This document shows, piece after piece, positions 1-13,227 of a stretch of DNA of 64,000 bases; positions within the stretch are counted from its first letter, which is position 1, and each line of letters starts with the position of its first letter. The notes beneath the pieces were generated by a model that had not been told where the DNA came from, did not search any database, and was given only the letters and a program-made list of their open reading frames with translations. The DNA comes from the human T2T-CHM13v2.0 reference genome, Homo sapiens, in NCBI RefSeq assembly GCF_009914755.1, contig NC_060931.1. One strand, written 5' to 3'. The position numbers were made by a program, and so were the translations under genes.

Positions 1-221
1 CCTAGATCCAAAAGCTGGCTTTCTAACCACCAGCCAAGGGCTCTCTTCACCACCAAGCCAACTCTCAGGGCAGCAGCAATGTGTACCTTATTAACCGCTG
101 CACCCCAGGTCCTAGCACAGGGCTGGTCCATAACAGGCGCCCAATAAACATGTGTCATAATCTAACTTGGAAGAAAATGCAGTGAATATCTTTCATTTTC
201 ATGGTACAAAGGAAAGTACCT

Positions 222-352
222 CATGCCTATTTAAAATATTATACTGAAGTGTGACATGTGCATTCTGTATTCGCTATATCCTATACCCATCATTTAAAGT
301 TGCTCCCAAAGTAAGTCATTTGGCTTTCCAACAAGGACATTATTTCATTTTA
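222..352 (+). repeat. Spaced direct duplication A, copy 1 (partner 2060-2192)
   Basis: 222-288 aligns ungapped to 2060-2126 with 13 mismatches in 67 bp. 289-341 is identical to 2127-2179 (53 bp). Confidence 0.95.
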
Positions 353-773
353 TGGAAACTGGGAGAGATGTTTTGTCTTCTGAAGTATCTGGAGATTTCT
401 TCTTCATTCCCAGACTCTTTCATCATCAAAACTACACAGCTTCTCACGGTCACTTACTTTGTTAAATTTGTAGTTTAAAATGAACATAAGGAAAACTACT
501 TCTCCAACAAAGGATGCAGAGTTCCTGTTGTGCTCAACTCTGCCAGATCGTGGGCTTATTGACAATAGGTTTGGAAGAGCCTGGGAACAACCACATCCAA
601 TATACCTTTGGGATAATTCCATCCGCTATGTATCTTTCTCACCCTTGTGATGGTTTGAGAGGCAGAGGTACCTACACAGACTAAGTTGAGCTCCAGAGGT
701 AGAGCCTGGCATTTCTGAACTCTTGAAGAGGTCCGTGACCTGAATCAGCATCCTGATTTAAAAGCAGTAACCA

Positions 774-1478
774 GTAACACAAAGGATAAATGCTTGACAG
801 GATGGAGACCCCATTTTCTTTTTATTTTTAATTTTATTATTATTATACTTTAAGTTTTAGGGTACATATGCACAATGTGCAGGTTTGTTACAAATGTATA
901 CATGTGCCATGTTGGTGTGCTGCACCCATTAACTCGTCATTTAGCATTAGGTATATCTCCTAATGCTATCCCTCCCCCCTCCCCCCACCCCACAACAGTC
1001 CCCGGTGTGTGATGTTCCCCTTCCTGTGTCCACTGAACAATGTCTCATTGTTCAGTTCCCACCTATGAGTGAGAACATGTGGTGTTTGGTTTTTTGTCCT
1101 TGCGATAGTTTGCTGAGAATGATGGTTTCCAGCTTCATCCATGTCCCTACAAAGGACATGAACTTATCATTTTTTATGGCTGCATAGTATTACATGGTGT
1201 ATATGTGCCATATTTTCTTAATCCAGTCTATCATTGTTGGACATTTGGGTTGGTTCCAAGTCTTTGCTATTGTGAATAGTGCTGCAATAAACATACGTGT
1301 GCATGTGTCTTTATAGCAGCATGATTTATAATCCTTTGGGTATATACACAGTAATGGGATGGCTGGGGGAGACCCCATTTTCTATGATGTGATTATTACA
1401 CATTTTGTGCCTGTGTCAACGCATCTCATATACCCCATAAATATATACACCTACTATGTACTCACAAAAATTAAAGAT
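774..1478 (+). mobile_element. L1MA-type LINE-1 3' terminus, split by a younger L1PA
   Basis: ACACAAAGGATAAATGCTTGA...CCCCATTTTC|TATGATGTGATTATTACACATT...TACCCCATAAATATATACACCTACTATGTACTCACAAAAATTAAA matches the L1MA 3' end once the insert is removed. Confidence 0.85.
820..1367 (-). mobile_element. 5'-truncated L1PA (L1PA3/4-like) 3' end with 16-bp TSD
   Basis: TTATTATACTTTAAGTTTTAGGGTACAT... 3'UTR. The ORF track 1190-1378 gives the ORF2 C-terminus (KDTCTRMFIAALFTIAKTWNQPKCPTMIDWIKK). TSD GGAGACCCCATTTTCT at 804-819 and 1368-1383. Confidence 0.97.
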
Positions 1479-2059
1479 AATAAATGCAGTGATAATAAAT
1501 GCGCAGAGAACTTGAACTATCTAGTGGAGCTTGTGACTTACCCAAGGTCACATAGCCAGTTAGGGCTTCCTTAAAAGTCTTTTTAGTAGTTTTTAACCTT
1601 AGAAGCAGAAGTGGGTGATGGCAGACAGAAACCAAAAGTCATGTAAATTTTATGTGTTTATAAGAATGTATTGGGGTGAGGAGATAGAGATGGACAAGGA
1701 CTAGGATAGTGGTAACTGGACAAAGACCCCCTCCCACTGGACACTCTACCCTCTTCCCTGACCTCCTTCCAGAAAGGTATCGTGGAATGTTCACAGGTAT
1801 TTTGCTGAATTAAACATTCCAGGAAACACTGGTATAGACAATTTGTAATTCATTGCATAATTACTGGAATTCATTGGATAGCAACCAACTCTCCAAGGCA
1901 TTGTTCTCAGTACAGACCTGGCCTGAGTATCCTCCAAATCTGAACTTTTAGAGATGAATCCAAATCAATAGAGAGCAGAGTCATAGAGAGTTACTGTCAG
2001 AGAGCATCCAGTTAAAGGGTGAATGCCAGAGCCCATGTGTATCAATCAATAGAGTGCCA

Positions 2060-2192
2060 CATGCCTATTTGAAGTATTATACCAAAGTGTGACACGTGCA
2101 TTCTGCGTTTGTGCTATCCTATGCCTATCATTTAAAGTTGCTCCCAAAGTAAGTCATTTGGCTTTCCAACAAGGACATTTTCTTTCATTTTA
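2060..2192 (+). repeat. Spaced direct duplication A, copy 2 (partner 222-352)
   Basis: Direct sequence match to 222-352. Confidence 0.95.
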
Positions 2193-2396
2193 CAACATGC
2201 AATATATTTGTAACGACCTGTCATTTTTCTGAATTCAGTTCACCACCCTTGCAGGACGGAGAAGGACTGCCGTAAATGCAAGAGGGGTACCAAGGGCACC
2301 CTGTCCCTCTGTGGGCTTGTGTGAAGGAGGAGGAGGGGAGGATGGGGGACGGCTTACACAGGTCCAGACAGCCTATGCTGGTCTCCATTACTACTA

Positions 2397-2768
<372 letters not shown>

Positions 2769-2804
2769 CTAGGGTCACCTTCTTGTGGGAAAAGAAAGGA
2801 AACC

Positions 2805-3005
2805 CACATTTAGTGAGCAAGTACTACGTTCCAAGCACCATCCATTCTTCATTTCATTTAACCCTCACAATAACTGTAGAAGACAATTTTACTTTTCCAT
2901 TCTATTCCTAAGAAAACTGAGATTCGAGAGATTTAAAAACTTGGCCAAGATCACACAGTAACCAAATGGAAGAGCTGAGACTTGACATCCGAGCTGCTGC
3001 TTTCT
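2805..3005 (-). mobile_element. MIR SINE
   Basis: Antisense MIR core: AAAACTGAGATTCGAGAGATTTAAAAACTTGGCCAAGATCACACAG. Confidence 0.75.
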
Positions 3006-3332
3006 CAGGTTGATGGAAGTTAACTGTGGGCTTTCGTCAATTACTTTTGTTCTGGAAAGAGGCAACCAGGCAGTGGCTGGCATGAGAAAATTCTTTTCCT
3101 AGGCAAGGGAATAGAGGGCAGAAATAAACTCATCTTGGTCATTCTGAAGGCAGGGGGATGGATGAAAGGCGAATGCCAGCAACACCATGTGTTCAAAGTT
3201 GTTTTGTTGTTAACCATGGGCATTATCAAGGCCTTTAATGTTGAGCCACCTGGCAATGAATGGCTAGAGCAGATATACATTTTGTTTTTCTTGTTCATGC
3301 AGGTGCTTTAAAAAGTGGGTTCAAATAAATAT

Positions 3333-5200
3333 TATTCACTCAATAAGCATTTGTTGAGTTCCTACTACCTATTAGGCACTGACACAGGAACAAACTAAAC
3401 AAAGTCCCTCCCCCAAATGGGCTTATATTCTAGTGGGGAGACAGTGAACAAATCAACAAGTAAAACCTGGTTTAACAGACAGCAATAAGCTGAATGGAGA
3501 AAAGTAAAGTACAATAAGCGAGCTTGAGGGCTGATGCAGATGTGTTTTGTATAGGGTTGTCAGGGAAGGCTTCACTAATATGGCGACACCAAGCAGGATC
3601 TAAAGGAACAGAAGGAGCAAGGCATGTAACTATTGGGAAATTGTATTTCAGCAGAAGGAACAGTAAGTGCAAAGATCACAAGGCAGGGTGTGCGTGGTGT
3701 GTTTGAGGCACAGCAAGGGGCCAGTGTGTCTGAGCAAAAGGAAAGAGGGAGAAGACAGGAGGAAATGGGTCAGAGCGGTAGCTGGGGCCGGAGACCATAG
3801 GGCTTTAGGCCTTGTGAGAATGATGGCTTTTATGCTGAGGTTGTCAGGGAAATCATAAGAAGTACAGCATTTGAGTGGAGCAACGACATGATCTGACTTT
3901 TATTTTAAAAGAGTTGCTCTGCTGCTGTGTTAAGAATAGCCTGTACTGGGACAAGGGTGGAGGCATAGAGGCCAGTTAGGAGGCTGTTGCAGCCAGCCTG
4001 GCGAGGGATGGTCGTTTGGAGCAGGGAGATGGCAGTGGAGGTGGTGAGGAGTAGTCAGAGTCTGGATAATTTGAAAATAGAGTCAGTTGGGTTTGCTGGT
4101 GGATTGCAATATGGAGTATGCCAGGGGCCAAGAAGGAGTAAGCTTGCATTTCTGAGCAAAGGGTAGGAGGAGCTGACATTGGTTGAGAGGGCTGCTGCAG
4201 GTGCAGGCCTGGGTGCATGGGTATTTATGTTGGGATGGGAAGTGGGGCTGGAATCAGGAGGTCAGGTTTGGAACTACTAAGTTTGGGATGCCTATTGACA
4301 TCCAAGTAGTGATCTCTCTGGAATCTGGGGCAGTGGTCTAGGCTGGAGATATAAATTTGGGACTTGTTAGCAAATAGATGGTGTTTATAGCCATGAGACT
4401 GGGTGAGATCAACTGGGGATATAATTTGGAGGGAAAAGAGGACCGAGAACTCAGCCCTGGGCACTGTAATTTTTAGAGGCTGAAAAAATGAGAAGGAAAC
4501 AGTTGGAGATAGAGAAGGAGCAAAGTCCAGGGAACCCAGTGAAGAAAAGACTGAGAGTTCAATCCATATGAGGATGGAAGCTTGGCCACTGCATTTACAA
4601 CACAGCAGCCATTGGTGGCCTCAACTAGAGCGGTTTTGGGGAGGGATGGGGCTAATCCTGAATGGAGCAGGTTCAAGAGAGGATGGGAGAAGGGGCAATG
4701 GGGTCTTCCAGTGTAGACACCATTGAAGAAGGGTGCTGCAAAGAGGAGAGGGAAATGGGGCAGGAGTTGAAAAATGCAATTAAGCAAAGACTTTTTTTTT
4801 TTTTTAAGACGAGAGAAATTGCTGCAGGTTTGTATGCTGATGGGATTGATATGACAGAGGAGCAAACAATGAAGAATGTATGCTTCACAGGTCAGGGGGT
4901 AGGGGAAGAAGTTCTGAAACAGCATCCTGGGGGCGGTGAGGGGGAAGCCCTGGTGCACAGGAGGGGCTCGGCCTGGATAGCAGTGGGAGATCTGCTGGCA
5001 GAGTCGGCGGGAGGCAGGGCGGACAGGCACAGGTAGGCAGGGGCAGAAGCGCCAGGAGTGTGCACTGGAGTCCAGGCCAGCAGCGGAGAGCAGAACAGAA
5101 GCAGAGGTGCTGGAAGGTTGAGAAGAGAGGAAAAGGTACAAATAGTCATCCCACAACTAAGGAAGTGAATGGGCCAGGGAAAGACAGTTGGGTTTCTGGG
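3333..5200 (-). mobile_element. Long L2 LINE fossil
   Basis: Starts with the antisense L2 3' end (ATTCACTCAATAAGCATTTGTTGAG). Typical L2 motifs follow: ACATGATCTGACTTT, GGAGGCTGTTGCAG, GGCTGGAGATATAAATTTGGGA. Distal boundary approximate. Confidence 0.8.
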
Positions 5201-5639
5201 AAGTAGCGAGTGCCCATGTGAAGGAAGAGACAGTCTATGTAAAATGAAGGAAAGTTACAAAGTTTAAAGTGAATTAAAATGTAAACTTCAAACATATTTT
5301 GAAATGTAAAGTGAATTCACTGTAAAATGATTTAAATTCTTTAGTGACATGATTCCTCTTTTCTGAAACTTCCACTGATTCGTTTTAAATCCATGATGAA
5401 ACCCAAACCCAAGCAGCTGGTGTTCCCATTGCTCTTCTCTCTACCCACCCCTGCTTCCTGCCCACCAGCTCCCAGCTCAGCCCTGGGCGGTCTCCTCTGG
5501 GTCCTCCAGCGCCTCTGAAGTCTGTAGTTTCTTCACTCAGTTTCCTTTGTTTTTCCTTTATCTAAGCTCCATCTTCCCCTGACTGCCCTGCTCTCCTGTC
5601 TCTGCCTTTTCATTATGCTTTAGGTGTAGCACACACTGA

Positions 5640-6400
5640 ACAGTGGATTATTTTCTGATTATTTTACCGAGACAGCCTCGTTTCCTCCATAGATTGGATG
5701 AGCGTGAGGTCAAGGGCAGCTCTCCTCCTAGCACTGGGCATCTACAAATATTTGACAAATTGACCAAGGTGAGAAAAAGAAGGCAAGGCTGGCTGCTGAG
5801 GCCCGGGCAGGGCTTCCTTCTCATGGACCTGGTAATGTTCAAGGCCAGAACTGCACAACTGCACCTTTGCAAATTCCATTCAGCAGCTGTTAAAAAAAGG
5901 CACCCAGGTCAGAGCAACATATAATTCTCTCTAGCCTTCCCCTTTTGCAGCTCTTTAAACACTGGATGGATTTAAGCGGAATCGGAGGGGCTGCAAGGGA
6001 GGCCGGGGGTGTTTGTATTTCCTCTGTGGTAGTTATCGGTGAACCAGAGAATCTTCAGCTTCCCGAAGCTGGCAGAGAGGTGACCCGTATTGAGGTCTCT
6101 CTACCCCCTAGGTGCCATCAAATTGAGCCCCGCACAGTTATTAGAGGGATAATGGGATTCATTTCAGCAAGGACTGCCTGGCTGGGGCCGAGCTTATTTT
6201 AATTTTCAATGTTAATAAACTTGTGGCTATTGCTTTTTTCACACCGATGTGCCTCACACCTCATTTCACTGGCCCATTAGGCAATTACCAGCAGTGCCTC
6301 TGTTCCCAGCACCTCTTAAACACGGAGCAATTATGCTTATTTGGTGAATGATGATGAAACTTGGAGGAGGCAAATGCCCTGGCATAGAACTTTCCTTCCA
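5640..6400. promoter_or_regulatory. Candidate conserved non-coding element/enhancer
   Basis: Repeat-free block with retained CpGs and homeobox-type TAAT/ATTA cores. Inference only. Confidence 0.35.
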
Positions 6401-7307
6401 ACTTCATCAGGTGTGCACTGATGAAGCACCCCCCTCAGTGAAAAACTGGGCTGTGACTCCAGTCTTCATGATAGCAGAGATACGGGGACTGTCGCCTTGT
6501 GGTCCCCAGCGTAAGCCCACCAGCATGCCACGTGAGCCAGCCCCGCTGACCCAGACTCAGTCCCCCCAGTGCTGGGCTGTGAAAACAGACCATTCAGCTT
6601 GGGAAATGAGCTGATAATGCTCTTCATCTATCTTGAAATGGGAAGTTTCCAGTAGGTCTTAAGTGTGTATTAATGCACGAGAGTAATGATCCCTTTATTT
6701 ACAAAGTTGTTTAATTCCTCACTTCTGTGGTCCTTGTGGGCCTGAGTGGATTTTTCGTTTACCAAATTTCTCCATGATTTTCACAGCTGCTTAAACAACC
6801 CTTGTCTTCCCCCTTCCCAATCCTTTGACTGATAGAGGAGCAAAGCAATTGCCAGCCTGACTTCCAACTCCATTTGCAGAATCTTCCTAGTTTGAAGAAT
6901 GGGTTCATGTGGGGGGCCAGTGGGCCAGTGTGTGGACTGGAGCCCAGACACAGATGTGGCTCTGCATCTCGAGAGCAGTGCCCTTGTCTTTGGCTGATGA
7001 CACTGCTCCCCTCTGCTCTGTGGTGGCCTCACTCCACTCCACAGTCCTCCTCTGCCTGACCCAGTTATTGCCCAGGGCTAGCCTGCTTGCCCCCAGTGTC
7101 CCCAAATCCCTGCTTCCTACTCAACAAGTTTCAGTCATTTGCAATGAGGGATAGGCTGTGCATATAACTCCTTTCAGAATGGGGTGTTTCTGGGTTCCTG
7201 GTTCCAGGGCTTTTCAAGCTGAAGTTTGCTACATGTTAGTGGTACTGACACCACTTTAGTGGGTTGCAACTCAAGACTTCTTTTTTTTTTTTAAGAAATG
7301 AAAAAGA

Positions 7308-7581
7308 AGCTGAGCATAGTGGCTTCCGCCTGTAATCCCAGCACTTTGGGAGGTTGAAGCAGGTGGGCCCTTTAGCCCAGGAGTTTGAGACCCGCCTGGG
7401 CAATACAGGAGACTGTGTCTCTATAAAAAAATTAAAAAATTAGCCGGGCATAGTGGCACTTGCCTGTCATTCCAGCTACTCAGGAGGTTGAGGTGGGAGG
7501 ATTGCTGGAGCCTGGGAGGTCGAGGCTGCAGTGCACCATGATAGCACCACTGCACTCCAGCCTCGGCAACACAGGGAGACC
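7308..7581 (+). mobile_element. AluJ
   Basis: Diverged dimeric Alu with J-type GAGGTCGAGGCTGCAGTG. The tail is replaced by a GA microsatellite. Confidence 0.93.
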
Positions 7582-7666
<85 letters not shown>

Positions 7667-7766
7667 AAAGAAAGAAAGAGAAGGAAAGAAAGGAAGGAAG
7701 GAAGGAAAAAGGAAGAAAGAAAGAGGAAGGAAGGAAAGAAAGAAAGAAAGGGAAAAGAAGGGAAAA
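7582..7766 (+). repeat. (GA)n plus GAAA/GGAA purine tract
   Basis: About 75 bp of (GA)n followed by an A/G-only tract. Confidence 0.97.
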
Positions 7767-9218
7767 TATCAGAGTGCATGGTGAAGGGAAGTATTGTTTT
7801 GCTAAGGAGTTTTGTTTTGTTTTGTTCATGGAACAGCTAGTTATTGAATAGCTATTCTGTAGCAGACTGAGTTCAATGAGCTGGTTTCAGTGATATGTTT
7901 TTCTGTCCACTTGTAGGTACATGTCTACTGGATCACAGTTATAAAATCTATCTCTGAAGTAGATGGATGTAAAATATCTTGGATAATCTGAGGTGTCATT
8001 CCCAGCACTCTCCAGGACCTGAGACTGACTCTGGCTCCAAGGCTCTCAGCTCTGGTCTTTCAGTGCTCTTGGTTGCCCTGTGGTTGCTGGGCAGGATTCA
8101 GCGTATGTGATTTTTAAGATTTTTTTTGCCCTTCTCCCTGGGGGACAGAGGCTGGGGCTAGGCATCTGGAAGCATATGGCTCAAAGAGAAGGCAGTCACA
8201 GACTTAGGTGGCAGGGACCCAGGTAGCACACAAACATCAGGACCTCCAAGCCAAATGATGGTGGGCTTGAACCCCTTCACTCAGACAAGTCTCTGTCTGG
8301 GGAAGACATTTTTGTGCCCAGAATCAGTGAGATCCTCTGTGGGGTGGGCCGGCCAGAATTTCTAAAAGTAGTACTTATGAAGACTGTTTTTAGCCCTTGG
8401 ATAGTTTCAGATGGTCTCTGTGGCATTTACTACAATCACAAATGGGAAAGGCAGTAACACGAAAAAGCTTCTGTTTTTCTGACTTCAGAAATTCTGGATT
8501 GGTGATGACTGTGTCGGGGGACCTTGCAGGAGAGTTTCCCCGTGTTTCTTGGCTGGATTTTTAGCGACGTCTCCCAAGTTTCCTTTGGGATCCTTGCCAC
8601 TCCAAGTGCTGGGCTTGTCATAGGGATGGAGTCTGGAGGAGAGCCGGAGTTTGAATCTGAGATAACACTGGGGGTGCAGTAAAGTGTGAAGGGATATGGG
8701 AGCCAGCCTTCCATTCAAAGAGGGCCTCAAATTTAGACGTTTGGTGTTATCTTCAAAGTGAGGTTACAAGATAATAGGATGGAAGGGAGATAGTTTGCAC
8801 ATAACTTTGTTTCCTATTATAGAACAAAGCTACTGATAGGTCTTTATAAATTAATACCTTAAAAATTATGTAATTATATTCTAAATAGCTCTGTTATATT
8901 GCATTTTATTTTTTGGTGTTAAAAGCTTTAGATGGTCAAATGTCTATAATTTTTTGTAACTTTAGTTTTGTAATAGACCAAGGCCAATGAGGCTTTGGTT
9001 TGATGAGTTTGAGAAGATGGATCCAGGGTATGCCTGAATGTCAATCCCATGAGAATGCTAAGTGGAGGCTATTCTAGAAAAATCATTTCACGCCACTCTC
9101 TTCGTCAGCTAAGGAAAAGGTAAAAGCAAAATGTAATTCTGTTTACCGAGTGCTTCCGACATTTTCAGTGTAGCACTGTAACAGATGATGGGCAACATGT
9201 CCCCAGATGGCATCTTCA

Positions 9219-9285
9219 CAAAGTATATGACACTTCCCAAAGTATATGACACAAAGTATATGACATTATTTCACAAAGTATATGA
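9219..9285 (+). repeat. Irregular tandem repeat, 4 x CAAAGTATATGA
   Basis: Exact 12-mer at 9219, 9238, 9252 and 9274. Confidence 0.92.
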
Positions 9286-9670
9286 AATAATGAGGTGGGG
9301 AGGGGAAGCCTCAAGCCAAATACCCCCCACCACAGCAGCACTGGAAAGCTCAGACATTCTTTCTCCTTTTACTTTACTTCATCTGTTTTAAAAAAGAATC
9401 TTTTCCTACTCTAAGTCATATATTCAGAAAACTTTGAAAATCTAAAAATAATTCAAAGCCAAAGAAAAAGAAAAAATAATCACCCACAACCCTTTCTTTC
9501 TCTCTCTCTGACTGGGGCTGCCAGTCCCAGTACCCAGCCAGGCAGGGCGGCCATCAGTGGCGGCACGGCACACGCCCTTGCAGTCTATTTCTCTTTATCT
9601 TTACAGAGACATGTAGATTGCAAGGGGCATCATTCTTTTCTTCTCCCTGTGTTTCAGGACTATCAGGCAG

Positions 9671-10170
<500 letters not shown>

Positions 10171-10329
10171 CCAAATTACGATTTTCCAGTCAGATCTCTT
10201 AGTAACAAAGCTGGCATGTTGCTCTCCATCTGACCAACTCCTTAGTCTGTCTCAACTGGTTTCTAATTCTGAGATGAAGAAAGAAGTGTGATTAATTATC
10301 AACCTCCAACATAGACTTTAAAGAATTGC

Positions 10330-11210
10330 ACTATTCTACCACATGTTGTTTTGTACCTTGCTTTTTTCACACAGAAATAAATCACAAACACTTTTTTCAT
10401 GACAATAACTATTTTGTCTACAGCATGACTTCTAATGGTTGCATTAACCCAACATGAAGATGTGCTATACTTTACCTAACCAGTTCTCTTCTTCAATTTA
10501 GTCTGTTTCCAGTTTATAAAAAAGTTACAAGTAGTGTTGCAATCAATGATCTTATACTTTAGACCTTAGTATACATCTCTGATTATTTGTGATAAAATCT
10601 TAGAGTTGGAATTAAGGTATATGCATAATATTTAGACTTTTTTTTTTAAAGGCTTTATTGAGATGTAATTGGCCTACAATAAATCGCACATAGTTAAAGT
10701 GTACACTGTGATATGTTTTAACATATATTTGCATCCATGGAATCATCATCACAATCAAGATAGTGAACATACCCATCACCCTTGTGTCCCTCTGTAATCC
10801 CTCCTTCCTCCTGGCCCACCCACTGTGTCCTGAAGCAATCACAGATCTGCTTTCTGCCACTATAGATGACTTTGCATTTTCTGGAATTTTATATAGATGG
10901 AATTACACAGTATGTGCTATTGTTTGTCTGGTTTCTTTCATCCAGTATACTTATTCTGAAATTCATCTACGTTGTTGAGTTTATCAACAATTGTATGAAT
11001 AGAGCACAATTTATTAATCCACTCACTTGTTGATGGCTATTTGGGTTATTTCTGGATTTAGAGGATTGGAAATAAAGCTGCTATGAACGTTTGTGTCCAA
11101 GAGTTTGTGTAGACTTCAGCTTTCATTTCTCTTGGGTAAATACCTACAAGTGCAATGGCTGGGTCATATGGCAAGGTCTATGTTTAACTTCTTAAGAAAC
11201 TGCCAAGCAG
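10330..11210 (-). mobile_element. Old L1M fragments (L1ME-like, and an L1MB/MC-like 3' end from ~10638)
   Basis: TTTATTGAGATGTAATT...TTAAAGTGTACA, AATAAAGCTGCTATGAAC, TTTCATTTCTCTTGGGTAAATACC, TTAAGAAACTGCCAA. Confidence 0.8.
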
Positions 11211-11243
11211 ATAAAGCATTGCACCATATTAAGTTTTGATATT

Positions 11244-11545
11244 GGTCGGGGGCAGTGGTTCACGCCTGTAATCCCAGCACTTTGGGAGGCCGAGGCGGGT
11301 GGATCACGAGGTCAGGAGATCGAGACCATCCTGGCTAACACGGTGAAACCCCGACTCTACTAAAAATAAAAAATAAAAAAATTAGCCGGGCGTGGTGGTG
11401 GCACACGCTTGTAGTCCCAGCTACTCGGGAGGCTGGGGCAGGAGAATGGCATGAACCCAGGAGATGGAGCTTGCAATGAGGGGAGATCACGCCATTGCAT
11501 TCCAGCCTGGGTGACAGAGTGAGACTCTCTCAAGAAAAAAAAAAA
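11244..11545 (+). mobile_element. AluY-like
   Basis: GGATCACGAGGTCAGGAGATCGAGACCATCCTGGCTAACACGG. TSD AAGTTTTGATATT at 11231-11243 and 11544-11556. Confidence 0.96.
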
Positions 11546-13227
11546 GTTTTGATATTTAATTTAAAATAATGCAAGTGAATTTGCGTTAGTCTAAAGTGCC
11601 CTTAGATTAAGAGCGTAGGATCATAGGACAGGGGATCTAGAATGTACTTGAGAGTGTACATCCAGTTCTTTGCTTTACTACAGAGGAAACAGTGATCCAC
11701 AGAAGCAAAGTGAGTTTTCCAAGGTCTTTCACCTTAAAGGCTAGTCTCTTTACTCTTCTATAAGACCTTTCAGTGTGGGAGCAATGCTACCATCATGTTG
11801 CAATTTCCCAACATAGCCCTGTGTTATGGCCACAAGGGCACAGATTTCACCTTGCATGTTACACAACTTTGGGCATGAAACATGTTTTGAAACTGGAGAA
11901 TTTGTCAAGACCTGGAGTAAAGAGAATCAAAAGGGTAATAAGTATAATCTACAGGAAATCATATTTGACCACTCACCGTATCAACATCAGTGCAACAGCA
12001 AGTAAAATAAAAATGTGCTATCATCGTGGATCCTCGGAGCATGGAGGAGGTCCACCTAGTTTCTGAACAAACTGATGGATCCAAAGATTCAGACCACTGA
12101 GCAGCCCATTAAAAGTGAAGACAACAGCAGTGCCATTTACCCAGCTGCCTTGGTTTACCTTCCTAGCACCCACTTCTTATTATCATATTCATAAGTGTGG
12201 CCTCTAATCAGTCTTCTTAAGTAAAGTTAACAAGTATATGTGTGCACTCTCTTGAAATTGTTTTGCTTAGCCTAAGAAGCTGTCATGGGGTTGAGAAGGC
12301 TGCCGCTTTAACCAGATTTCATCTCTGTGTGTCACTGCTCATGTCAAAGTAAAAATGTGCTCAGACATAAGAGTTGTCCTGCTTTCATCAAGAGCGCCAG
12401 CCTGCCTGAGCCTCGTTCCACTTGGTTAAGCTTGTTATTTAAATTGTTAAAATTGAGACATCGGCAGTAAATTTCAGAGAAGATATAACAATTATTAGAT
12501 ACAAGCTGGGCTCTTGTACTTGAGAATATCCCATGCCCTCCATCCACCAGCAGAATTAGCCACAAATAATTTACAATGGTTTCTCTAAGAAGTGCACCCT
12601 GTAGTACTTGGATGGCATTAAATCACAGTCTGTCCCCAACTGGATAATATTTCTAACTTTAAGATAGATTTGGTTCCAGTCAGCAGAGTGGCGGCACACT
12701 CCAGAGGCTACCTTTTAATGCCTATAACTCTTGAAGAGCTGAGTGAGGATCCTGAAGCTGCCTTCTGCCTACGAGCTTTGTGTTTGGGTAATTTTATACA
12801 CTAGGCATTGGAGCCACAGTCCAGAACAATCGTCCTGTAAGGGTGAGGAGAAGTAAAAGCCAGGAGGCTCTCTGAGTGACCTTGTGTCACTATGACCTTG
12901 TGGTGATCATGTCCTGTTCCCTGTCTGACTGTGCCCAGGCAAAGGTTGGAGAGAAGGGATAAGAATGGATGAAACTTGGAGTCTACAGGTAGATCATCAG
13001 AGGCCACCTGGTCTGACTTCTACAGCCTCCCTCTCAGTGAAGGAACCCCAAAAAGGACATGATTATTTAGGAGTTGATTCATTCTTTTGACTTTAAGATC
13101 AACAGAATTCCCCAGAGTTGGTTGTTGTTTTTGTCGTTGTGTAATATGAACGACTCTCAAGCCAAACGTCTCCCAAAATCAGTACTTATGGAATGGATTG
13201 CTTGGACACAAATGTAGTACCTGACAT

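Noticed and set aside
1190-1378. ORF with real protein similarity
   Set aside because: It is the C-terminal remnant of L1 ORF2 in a truncated L1PA, not a gene.
4473-5156. 227-aa ORF on the minus strand
   Set aside because: Non-ATG start, lies within the L2 fossil, crosses a homopolymer run and has no recognisable domain.
7460-7851. ORFs with ER/SL-repeat and K/E/R-rich peptides
   Set aside because: These are translations of the Alu and the GA/GAAA microsatellite.
8756-8990. AT-rich segment resembling a retrocopied 3'UTR
   Set aside because: No poly(A) tail, TSD or recognisable parent. It cannot be supported without a database search.
9219-9285. Repeat-spacer pattern resembling a CRISPR array
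   Set aside because: 12-bp repeats with 2-10 bp spacers in primate DNA and no cas genes. Simple slippage explains it.
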